DNA of 37,165 nt, from contig CAYVCR010000002.1 in the NCBI GenBank assembly GCA_964450205.1, positions 1 through 37,165 on the forward strand, given 5' to 3'. This document shows, one piece after another, positions 27,389-35,797 of this stretch. Numbering within the stretch: the stretch's first letter is position 1; every line of letters begins with the position of its first letter. Below the pieces are notes generated by a model. That model saw only the letters and a list, made by a program, of their open reading frames with translations, made no database searches and had not been told where the DNA came from. The stretch comes from an uncultured Oscillospiraceae bacterium (GTDB lineage Bacteria > Bacillota > Clostridia > Oscillospirales > Oscillospiraceae). The translations under genes and the position numbers were made by a program.

Positions 27389-28171
27389 ATGGAACGTAAA
27401 TTGCTGACACCGGGCACCGTCCTGTTCCCGGAGCCGTTTCAGTCACTGACCGGCTGGGATATTTATGACAGCAGCTGCTCAGACGCAGCCCGGGTGTATT
27501 TCATTGACCGAGACGGCGGTTACTTCCTCAAGTGCGCTCCCAAAGGCACTTTGGAGCGGGAAGCGATCATGGCCCGGTATTTTTACGAAAAAGGCCTGGG
27601 CGCCCAGGTGCTGGCCTACGAGCGTATGGAACAGGACTGGCTGCTGACAGTCAGCGTTCCCGGCGAGGACTGTACCCATCCTATGTACAAAGCTGACCCC
27701 AAGCGGCTGTGTGACGTGACCGCCGAGCTGCTGCGCAGGCTCCACGACACAGACCCTACCGGCTGCCCTGTCCCCGACCGGACGGCGGAATATCTGTCCA
27801 AGGCCCGGCGCAATTATGAAGCTCAGGCCTATGACGCAGACCTGTTTCCCGACAACTGGGGCTATGCCACACCGGAAGAGGCTTGGCGTGTGGTGGAAGA
27901 ACAAGGCAAGTATCTGAAAAACGACACCCTGCTCCACGGCGATTACTGCCTGCCCAATATTCTGCTGAAGGATTGGCAGTTTTCCGGCTTTATCGATCTG
28001 GACGCAGGCGGCGTAGGCGACCGGCATGTAGACCTTTTCTGGGGACTGTGGTCACTTTGGTTTAATCTGAAGACCAATGCCCTCCGGGAGCGTTTTTTGG
28101 ACGTGTACGGACGGCAGGACGTGAACGAAGAGCTGTTTCGGGTGGTTGCGGCAATCGAAGTATTCTCATAG
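27389..28171 (+). CDS. Aminoglycoside phosphotransferase APH(3')-like kinase
   Basis: YFLK, LLHGDYCLPNI, GFIDL and DRHVDL motifs. Confidence 0.82.
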   Translation: MERKLLTPGTVLFPEPFQSLTGWDIYDSSCSDAARVYFIDRDGGYFLKCAPKGTLEREAIMARYFYEKGLGAQVLAYERMEQDWLLTVSVPGEDCTHPMYKADPKRLCDVTAELLRRLHDTDPTGCPVPDRTAEYLSKARRNYEAQAYDADLFPDNWGYATPEEAWRVVEEQGKYLKNDTLLHGDYCLPNILLKDWQFSGFIDLDAGGVGDRHVDLFWGLWSLWFNLKTNALRERFLDVYGRQDVNEELFRVVAAIEVFS

Positions 28172-28232
28172 AAATAACGGCACAGGAGGCTTCCTGTGCC
28201 GGTTTTTATTAGTCATAGAGACCACCCGGTTT

Positions 28233-28295
28233 ACCGCTTAGGGGCAGAATTTGACCGCTTAGGGAAATTCGCAACATTTTTTTGGATGGTATGCT
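28233..28295 (+). promoter_or_regulatory. LytTR-type direct repeats and extended -10 promoter
   Basis: ACCGCTTAG-N12-ACCGCTTAG (28233, 28254), then TG-N-TATGCT. Confidence 0.85.
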
Positions 28296-28323
28296 ATAGT
28301 AATGTCACCGGGAGGTGATGGAA

Positions 28324-28764
28324 ATGAAATTTACGATGATCATCGACAAAGACAAGGACGAAGAGGTGGTGGCTACTGTTCATGCTCCATCGGTACTGAC
28401 AGAAAAGCTGGAGGCGCTGGTAATGCAATATTCCGGTCCGGACCGGATCGCCGCCTACTCAGAAGAGGATATGCTGCTTCTGCCCTTTACACAGATCGAG
28501 TGCATCACAGTGCTGGATGGAAAGACCTACGCCATTGACGGAAAGGGTAAGCACTACCGGCTCAAGCAGCGGCTGTACGAGCTGGAGGCGCTGCTGCCCG
28601 CTTACTTCGTGCGCATCAACAAATCCACCATCGCCAACGAAAACCGGCTGGAGCGGTTTACCGCATCCTTCAGCGGCGCGGTAGACGCGGTGTTCCGGTG
28701 CGGTTATAAGGAATATGTTTCCCGGCGGTGCTTCGCCGCCATCAAAAGGAGGTATGACAAATGA
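28324..28764 (+). CDS. Stand-alone LytTR DNA-binding regulator
   Basis: RLYELE, FVRINKSTIAN and YVSRR motifs; no receiver domain. Confidence 0.9.
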   Translation: MKFTMIIDKDKDEEVVATVHAPSVLTEKLEALVMQYSGPDRIAAYSEEDMLLLPFTQIECITVLDGKTYAIDGKGKHYRLKQRLYELEALLPAYFVRINKSTIANENRLERFTASFSGAVDAVFRCGYKEYVSRRCFAAIKRRYDK

Positions 28765-29186
28765 AGAACAGCTTTTGGAAGGATTTTGCTCTGCGGGGTC
28801 TGGCCGCGGCCGCAGGCGGTCCGGTGGTCCTGGCTATCATTTACGGCATTCTGGGTGCCACCGGAGCGGTGGAGACCCTGACGCCCAAGGAGGTCTGCCT
28901 GGGCGTGCTGACGGTGACAGTCATGGCCTTTGTGGCTGCAGGCATCACTGCCATCTACCAAACTGAGCGCCTGCCGCTGATAGGCCGTATTCTGATCCAT
29001 GCGGCGGTACTGTACGCAGATTACCTGTTCATGTATCTGCTCAACAGCTGGATGCCCCGGAACTGGAGTGCCATCGGCATCTTCTCCGGCTTTTTTGTGG
29101 GTGGATTTGCCCTGGTGTGGCTTGGCATCTACCTTTCCATCCGCAAAAATACCAGCAACGTCAACAGGCACCTGCCCAAAGCATAA
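28761..29186 (+). CDS. DUF3021-like membrane protein (LytTR partner)
   Basis: 4 TM helices; IYQTER..LIH motif; ATGA overlap with lytTR. Confidence 0.8.
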   Translation: MKNSFWKDFALRGLAAAAGGPVVLAIIYGILGATGAVETLTPKEVCLGVLTVTVMAFVAAGITAIYQTERLPLIGRILIHAAVLYADYLFMYLLNSWMPRNWSAIGIFSGFFVGGFALVWLGIYLSIRKNTSNVNRHLPKA

Positions 29187-29360
29187 AAACAGGGCGGTCA
29201 AAAGACCGCCCAACACAAATATCATATCAAACACCTCCGCTGCTTGTCAACAAGTTTTTGTTTTCAGGCGGCGGATTTTTGTATTTTGCACAAGTTCGTT
29301 TTGTGTGTTTTATATAAATTTCCATATTGCATTTTCGTTTTTATTGTGCTAATTTATAGA

Positions 29361-29814
29361 CAAGAGGTGATACCAATGTACCGGTAAAACTGAAGACTCT
29401 TAATCCTACTGATCGCAAATACTTTCTGATATAGCCGTTTCGAACAAAAGCAAATCGATTTTTAAGGCCTGAGCAATAAGTACGAATCGACACACAGGAA
29501 GGATCCGCAGGAAGCGGATCAAGACAGAATCTCAACCATGATTTTCAAACAGAAGGTATGTGCCATCAGGAGAAGAGTCAAGGACAGCGTCCACAACAGA
29601 TGAAACGAAACCGACACAGAAGTGGATCTCGCTTGGAGATTAGAAAGTGATTATTTTGAGTATTTCGTGATTCGGAAAAGAGATTTCGCGGGAATGGACG
29701 ATGTCGAGCCTGTAGAAAGAGAGGTTAACCAATGATGTTAGATACTAAGAGTGAAGAGAAATGACCCTTGGCTGTACGGTTGCAAGACGTCGGTCAAGGG
29801 TCATTTCTTTTTTT
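29361..29814 (+). ncRNA. Candidate ncRNA, copy 1 (about 450 nt, unknown family)
   Basis: Own promoter TTGCAT-17-TAATTT with TG, long terminator with U-tract, no long + strand ORF, motif blocks shared with 32977-33262. Confidence 0.6.
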
Positions 29815-29981
29815 ACGCTCTGCGTGCCTGCCATCACACCGGCAGGTTTTTTGTTGGACAAATTTCCATTTAGGGAACGGATCGCCACCCTGGTGTGCAC
29901 ACTGGCTCGCAATGACAATGCATCTTCGGCAACTGCCTTAAAATTTGGAATAAAATTTTCAATTTTGCTTCCGCTTCCCTA

Positions 29982-30039
29982 TTGACATTTATATAGGATG
30001 ACGTTATATTGTAATAAACATATGAGCACTTGCTCATAT
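29982..30039 (+). promoter_or_regulatory. Sigma-A promoter plus ArsR/SmtB(CadC)-type operator
   Basis: TTGACA-17-TATATT followed by inverted repeat ATATGAGCA-CT-TGCTCATAT (30020-30039). Confidence 0.8.
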
Positions 30040-30066
30040 ATCGATATTAAATCAGGAGTTGATCCT

Positions 30067-32268
30067 ATGCAGGAAAAGGTTTATACCATTACACAGCTGG
30101 ACTGTGCCAACTGTGCGGCAAAAATGGAAACCGGTATCAACAAGCTCCCCGGCGTGCAGGCCGCCACCATCACCTTTGCCACCCGGCAGCTGCGGGTAAC
30201 GGCAGAGGATCCCGATGCTTTGCTGGAAGCTATGCAGAAGGTGGTCAGCCGTATTGAGTCGGATGCCCGTATCTGCGAGAAGGACAGTCATGAGCATCAC
30301 CACAAGGCATGTAGCTGCGGACACGATCATGATCACGAGCATGAGCATGACCATGACCATGACCACGAGCATGAGCATGAGCATGACCACGAGCATGACC
30401 ACGAGCATAAACACAAACATGAGCATGATCATGGCGATCATCAGGAAAGCATCGTCCCCCTGCTCATCGGTGCCGGTTTGTTTCTGATCGGCCTGCTGCT
30501 GGACCATCTGGGTATTTCCCTGCTGGGTATTGCTGTAAGTCTGCCTGTCTACATAGCCGCCTATCTGCTGCTTGGCTGGAATGTGCTGTTCACAGCCGGC
30601 AAAAACCTGTTTAAAGGCCATGTCTTTGACGAGAACTTCCTCATGAGCATCGCCACGCTGGGTGCTTTTGTCATCCGTGAGTTCCCGGAGGCTGTGGGCG
30701 TTATGCTCTTCTACCGGGTAGGCGAATATTTTGAACACCGCGCCGTTGAGCGCAGCCGCAACCAGATCATGCAGGCTGTGGACCTGCGCCCGGAAACCGT
30801 GAACCGGATGCATGGGGATCAGATCGAAGTGATCCCCGCAGAGCAGGCGCAAGTGGGCGACCTTCTGCTGGTACGCCCCGGTGACCGGATCCCCCTGGAC
30901 GGCACCGTCGTAACCGGCAGCAGCCGCATTGACACCGCCCCCATTACCGGCGAGCCGGTACCTGTACAGGTTGATCCCGGCAGTGCCGTCACCTCCGGCT
31001 GTGTGAACACCTCAGGTCAGCTGACTATAAGGGTCGAAAAGCCCCTTTCCGAATCCATGGTCACCCGGATCCTGAACGCCGTGGAAAAGGCTGCCGCCGG
31101 CAAGCCCAAGCTGGACCGGTTCATTACCCGTTTTGCACGGATCTACACCCCTGTTGTGGTAGGCGTTGCCGCCGCTACCGCAGTCATTCCTTCTCTGATC
31201 ACCGGCGACTGGAACTACTGGGTCTATACCGCCCTTTCCTTCCTGGTCATGAGCTGTCCCTGCGCCCTGGTGCTTAGTGTGCCTCTGGCCTTCTTCTCCG
31301 GTATCGGCGTTGGCAGCCGGAAGGGCATCCTGTTCAAGGGCGGTGCTTCCATGGAAGCTGCCGCCGGTATCAAGGCTGTTGCCCTGGACAAGACCGGTAC
31401 TATCACCCGCGGCGATTTCCGGGTCCAATCCTGGGAGGGCCGTGAGGATCTGCTCGTGCTGGCAGCTGCCTGTGAGCAGCACTCCACCCATCCCATCGCC
31501 GTGAGCATCACGGCGGCAGCGCAGGGTCTTTCCCTGCCTCAGCCCCAGGCACTGGAGGAAATTCCCGGTCATGGTATTATCGCCACCTTGTATGGCAAGC
31601 AGATCCTGTGCGGCAACGAAAAACTGATGACCAGCCGGGATATCTGCATCCCCGCAGTGACTGCGGACGCAGGTACGCTGGTGTATGTGGCTGAGGACGG
31701 CACGTATCTGGGATACCTGCTGATCGCCGACACCTTAAAGGAGGGCGCTGCTGAGGCTGTGGCACAGCTGCACCGCATGGGTATTTCCACTGTCATGCTC
31801 ACCGGCGACCGGAAGCAGACCGCTGACGCTGTCGCGCAGCAGACCGGCCTGCAGCAGGTCTATGCCCAGCTGCTGCCCGAGGAGAAACTGGAAGTACTGC
31901 AGACCATTCGCGCGGAAAAAGGTGCTGTCATGTTCGTAGGTGACGGCATTAACGACGCACCTGTGCTGACCGGTGCGGACGTGGGTGCCGCCATGGGCAG
32001 CGGCGCAGATGCCGCTATTGAGGCTGCCGACGTGGTGTTTATGACCTCCGATGTTCATGCCGTGACAGACTCCCTGCAGATCGCACGGCGTACCCGGACC
32101 ATCGCCTGGCAGAACGTGATCTTCGCACTGGTCATCAAGGCTGTGGTCATGGTACTGGGTCTGTGCGGCCTGGCGTCCATGTGGCTGGCAGTCTTTGCCG
32201 ACTCCGGTGTTGCCATGCTGTGTGTGCTAAATTCTATCCGTCAGCTTTACAGCGGCCGAAAAAAGTGA
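30067..32268 (+). CDS. cadA: Heavy-metal (Zn/Cd/Pb) P1B-type ATPase with HMA domain and His-rich linker
   Basis: LDCANC, (HD/HE)n tract, TGE, SCPC, DKTGT, HP and GDGINDAP motifs. Confidence 0.92.
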   Translation: MQEKVYTITQLDCANCAAKMETGINKLPGVQAATITFATRQLRVTAEDPDALLEAMQKVVSRIESDARICEKDSHEHHHKACSCGHDHDHEHEHDHDHDHEHEHEHDHEHDHEHKHKHEHDHGDHQESIVPLLIGAGLFLIGLLLDHLGISLLGIAVSLPVYIAAYLLLGWNVLFTAGKNLFKGHVFDENFLMSIATLGAFVIREFPEAVGVMLFYRVGEYFEHRAVERSRNQIMQAVDLRPETVNRMHGDQIEVIPAEQAQVGDLLLVRPGDRIPLDGTVVTGSSRIDTAPITGEPVPVQVDPGSAVTSGCVNTSGQLTIRVEKPLSESMVTRILNAVEKAAAGKPKLDRFITRFARIYTPVVVGVAAATAVIPSLITGDWNYWVYTALSFLVMSCPCALVLSVPLAFFSGIGVGSRKGILFKGGASMEAAAGIKAVALDKTGTITRGDFRVQSWEGREDLLVLAAACEQHSTHPIAVSITAAAQGLSLPQPQALEEIPGHGIIATLYGKQILCGNEKLMTSRDICIPAVTADAGTLVYVAEDGTYLGYLLIADTLKEGAAEAVAQLHRMGISTVMLTGDRKQTADAVAQQTGLQQVYAQLLPEEKLEVLQTIRAEKGAVMFVGDGINDAPVLTGADVGAAMGSGADAAIEAADVVFMTSDVHAVTDSLQIARRTRTIAWQNVIFALVIKAVVMVLGLCGLASMWLAVFADSGVAMLCVLNSIRQLYSGRKK

Positions 32269-32303
32269 TATACTGACGAAAACCGTGAAAGCGAGGATAC
32301 ACC

Positions 32304-32855
32304 ATGATCCTGGAACAAGGCAGACCTTCTGATTTTGCTGAAAGACTTCCCAAGGAGCAGCGGGTCTATGACCTGCTGGACAGCCTGGGGATCGATTACC
32401 GCCGGGTGGATCACCCGGCAGCTATGACCATGGAGGACTGTGCAGCCATCGATCAGGTACTGCAGGCGCCAACCTGCAAAAACCTGCTGCTGTGCAACCG
32501 GCAGTGCACGGATTTTTATCTGCTGCTGATGCCCGGCGACAAGCCCTTCAAGACCAAGGAGCTGTCCAAGCAGATCGAAACTTCCCGGCTGTCCTTTGCC
32601 GACCATAGCTACATGGAGCAGTTTTTGGACATAACCCCCGGCTCCCTGAGTGTGCTCGGTCTTGCAAACGACAAGGAAAACCGGGTGCAGCTGCTGATCG
32701 ATGCGGACGTGCTGAAGGCCGAATACTTCGGCTGCCACCCCTGCATCAACACCTCCACCCTGCGTATAAAGACCGCCGACCTGACGGAGCGCATCATCCC
32801 TGCTATGCATCATGCGCCCAGAATGGTGGATCTGCCGCTGCCCACAGAAGAATAA
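32304..32855 (+). CDS. proX: Prolyl-tRNA editing protein (ProX/PrdX, YbaK superfamily)
   Basis: CKNLLL, RLSFA, PGSLSVLGL and HPCINTST motifs. Confidence 0.85.
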   Translation: MILEQGRPSDFAERLPKEQRVYDLLDSLGIDYRRVDHPAAMTMEDCAAIDQVLQAPTCKNLLLCNRQCTDFYLLLMPGDKPFKTKELSKQIETSRLSFADHSYMEQFLDITPGSLSVLGLANDKENRVQLLIDADVLKAEYFGCHPCINTSTLRIKTADLTERIIPAMHHAPRMVDLPLPTEE

Positions 32856-32976
32856 CTTGTTCCGCCCAGCAATTGTCTTTGCTGGGCGGATTTATGTATT
32901 CTGCACAAGTGCATTTGATATATTTTGTATGATTTCCCATCTTGCAAACAGGATCTCCATGTGATATTTTATAAGC

Positions 32977-33262
32977 ACAAAAGGTGATGCCAAACGAAAG
33001 GCAGCGCCTGCGGTCTGAATTGAAAAAGTATGAATTTCAGAAAGTAGGGCCGCAAAAGCAGCGATCGTATTAAGGGAAATGTTCCGGTGCAGGTAAAGAA
33101 TCGCCTGGAGATAAACACGAGGGTTTCGTGTCGGAATGGATTTCGAAACAGACGGTCGGTGTAAACTGCAGAAAGCGAGGTTAACCATAGATGGAACCCA
33201 ACAACGCAGCGGAATGACCCTTGACGAAGTGTGAAAGGCTTTGTCAAGGGTTATTTCTTTTT
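32977..33262 (+). ncRNA. Candidate ncRNA, copy 2 (about 285 nt, unknown family)
   Basis: Own promoter TTGCAA-17-TATTTT with TG, homologous terminator, motif blocks shared with copy 1. Confidence 0.6.
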
Positions 33263-33300
33263 ATGGGGGACATACTAACAAACAGAAAGGAGTTGTTGGT

Positions 33301-33735
33301 ATGATCGAACAAGACACCATAAAGCTGCTGCGGGAATGCGACGCAGGTATCAAAATGGGTATTTCCTCTATCGACGATGTTTTGGAGCATGTGGAGAGCG
33401 ACCGTTTCCACAAATGCCTTACCGATTGCCGTCAGGAGCACGCAAAGCTTCAGGGTGAGATCCAGACCCTGCTGGGCAAGTATCAGGATGAGGGCAAGAA
33501 TCCCAATCCTATGGCCAAGGGTATGTCCTGGGTGAAGACCAATATGAAGCTGAGTATGGATGAGTCCGATGCCACTGTGGCCGAGCTGATGACCGACGGC
33601 TGCAATATGGGCGTGAAATCCCTGAGCCGGTATCTAAACCAGTATAAAGCGGCCGATGAGGTATCCAAGGACATCACCAAGCGGCTGATCCATTTGGAGG
33701 CGGAGCTGGCTGCCGACATTCGTTGCTACCTTTAA
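33301..33735 (+). CDS. Conserved helical (ferritin-like) hypothetical protein, possibly sporulation-related
   Basis: AAAGGAG RBS; GIKMG..AELMTDGCNMGV four-helix pattern; CATACTAA sporulation-sigma-like -10 upstream. Confidence 0.65.
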   Translation: MIEQDTIKLLRECDAGIKMGISSIDDVLEHVESDRFHKCLTDCRQEHAKLQGEIQTLLGKYQDEGKNPNPMAKGMSWVKTNMKLSMDESDATVAELMTDGCNMGVKSLSRYLNQYKAADEVSKDITKRLIHLEAELAADIRCYL

Positions 33736-33866
33736 CCGCATCCGTATTACTGAGCCGTCTGATGACGGCTCTTTTTCTGTGCAAATGGGAATTCATCCTT
33801 ATGTTTGGGGATAGCTTTTTTCTTGTTTATCCTATATAATAAAGAAAAAAGCCAGGAGGAATGACG

Positions 33867-34316
33867 ATGGATCACAAACAGTATGCAGCAGAGTTGTTTA
33901 TGAAGGACTACAACTGCGCCCAGGCGATCGCGGTGGCGTTTTGCGACGTGACGGGTCTGACCCCGGAGTTTTCCGCAAAGATGGCCTCGTCCTTCGGCGG
34001 CGGTATGGGCCGCATGCGGGAGGTCTGTGGCGCGGTCAGCGGCATGCTGATGGTGGCTGGCATGCTGTATGGCTACGACACCCCTGGTGACGATACCGAA
34101 AAGAAGGCCCATTACGCCCTGGTACAGGAGCTGGCAGGCAAGTTCCGGGAACAGGTCGGCAGCATCATCTGTCGGGAAATTCTCAAAGATCCTCCCTCTG
34201 ACCCTGCCCCCACCCCCAGGACAGAGGAATTTTATGCCCTGCGGCCCTGTGCGCGCATGGTATATCTGGCAGCAGAAATTCTGGACGATTACATCGCCAC
34301 CCACCCGGTCAAGTAA
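33867..34316 (+). CDS. C_GCAxxG_C_C family putative redox protein
   Basis: YNCAQ, FGGG, CGAVSG, IICREI and PC motifs. Confidence 0.88.
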   Translation: MDHKQYAAELFMKDYNCAQAIAVAFCDVTGLTPEFSAKMASSFGGGMGRMREVCGAVSGMLMVAGMLYGYDTPGDDTEKKAHYALVQELAGKFREQVGSIICREILKDPPSDPAPTPRTEEFYALRPCARMVYLAAEILDDYIATHPVK

Positions 34317-34317
34317 T

Positions 34318-34845
34318 ATGGACGAACTGATCTACAATCAGCACCAGATCCCCAAGGAGCAGTGGCGCTACGGTCTGCGCACCAGCGCCGCCACCGGCTG
34401 CGGCTGGATCGCAACCCATAACGTGCTGCGGCTGTTTGGTCTGCCCTCCCAGCCGGAAGCGCTGATCCGGGAATACGAGCAGCAGCTGCCCCTGATCCAC
34501 GGTCTGGCAGGCACCAGCCTGTTTGGCCTGTACCGGTATTTCCAAAAGCGGGATTTCCCGGTGCAGCTGGTCTTCCGCCGGAAGCATTTTGACAAGGCCG
34601 TCAAAGATGCGGACGCGGCGATCCTCTTTTACCGCTGGCGCAGAAAAAGGAAGCTGGGCGCCCACTTTGTGGCACTGCACCATACCCGAAAAGGCTTCAT
34701 CGGCTATAATACCTATCGCAACTCCATCGGTCCGGATATGTACGGGCCGAGCCTTCAGGCCTTTCTGAAAAAACGTAAATACTTCGGCTCGGTCCTTATG
34801 ACCGTGCAAAATCCACACAAAACCTCACACGAAGGAGAAAAACCG
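34318..34845 (+). CDS. Papain-like/C39-like domain, with no stop before the ribokinase
   Basis: YNQ..GCGWIATHN..HFVAL..YN pattern; the frame continues into rbsK. Confidence 0.55.
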
Positions 34846-35754
34846 ATGGTGCTGGTCGTTGGCAGTATCAATATGGATGTCAATATCCTGCTGGACCATA
34901 TTCTGCAGCCGGGAGAGACTTTGCTGTGCCGGGAAAGCGTTTTCAAAAGTCCCGGCGGCAAAGGCGCCAATCAGGCCGTGGCTGCTGCCAGACTGGGTGC
35001 AGAGGTAGTCCTGCTGGGCTGCGTGGGCAAGGACGAAAACGGCCAGCAGATGCTCGCATCCCTGCAATCAGCCGGTGTGAACACCGATCATGTGATGGTC
35101 AGGGAGGGCTGCCCCACCTCCACCGCCTACATCAATGTGGCAGCTTCCGGCGAGAACGCTATCGCTGTAGACTCCTCTGCCAACACGCATGTGTCGGCGG
35201 AATATATTACCTCCCATGCGGAGCTGTTTGCCAAGGCAGACTACTGCGTGTTCCAGCTGGAGATCCCCATTGAGACGGTAAAGGCCTCCATGAATCTTTG
35301 CCGCAAGTACAATGTAAAGACGGTGCTCAACCCCTCGCCTATGCATGAACGGGCAGCAGAGCTGTTGAAGGGCATCGACTATCTGATCCCCAACAAAACA
35401 GAGGCTGAGGGTCTGCTGGGCAAGCCCTACGAGGAGACCACCGACGAGGACTGGCAGGCATTTATGGACAAGCATAAGATCGGCCACATGGTCATCACTC
35501 TGGGAAGCCAGGGCTGTAAGTATTATGCAGCAGGCAAGGCACCTGTCCCCTGCCCCACCCGGGCGCGCAAGGCGGTAGATACCTGCGGCGCAGGCGACAC
35601 CTTCCTGGGTGGCTTCGTGACTGCCCTGTCCGAGGGCAAGGCGGAGCTGGAGGCCATTGCGTTTGCCGCCAGCGCAGCAGGCATTCAGATCACCCGCTCC
35701 GGTGCCCAGGCAGCCATGCCCACAAGAGCCGAAGTTGACGAGGATATGCAGTAA
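34846..35754 (+). CDS. rbsK: Ribokinase (PfkB family)
   Basis: VVGSINMD, GGKGANQAVAAARLG, PNKTE and DTCGAGDTF motifs; AAGGAG RBS. Confidence 0.9.
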   Translation: MVLVVGSINMDVNILLDHILQPGETLLCRESVFKSPGGKGANQAVAAARLGAEVVLLGCVGKDENGQQMLASLQSAGVNTDHVMVREGCPTSTAYINVAASGENAIAVDSSANTHVSAEYITSHAELFAKADYCVFQLEIPIETVKASMNLCRKYNVKTVLNPSPMHERAAELLKGIDYLIPNKTEAEGLLGKPYEETTDEDWQAFMDKHKIGHMVITLGSQGCKYYAAGKAPVPCPTRARKAVDTCGAGDTFLGGFVTALSEGKAELEAIAFAASAAGIQITRSGAQAAMPTRAEVDEDMQ

Positions 35755-35787
35755 AAAGAGCCGTCACGGTGACCGTGACGGCTCTTC
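35753..35787. terminator. Hairpin terminator between convergent rbsK and RluA genes
   Basis: AAAAAGAGCCGTCACGG-TGA-CCGTGACGGCTCTT. Confidence 0.75.
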
Positions 35788-35797
35788 AAATTTCAGT

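Noticed and set aside
29361..33262. Paired non-coding units as T-boxes, group II intron remnants or type I toxin-antitoxin loci
   Set aside because: No T-box GGTGGnACC sequence, no domain V catalytic-triad match, and no hydrophobic small toxin ORF seen; left as an unknown family.
34069..34317. N-terminal extension of the 561-aa ORF
   Set aside because: It overlaps the C_GCAxxG_C_C gene in another frame; ATG 34318 is the plausible start.
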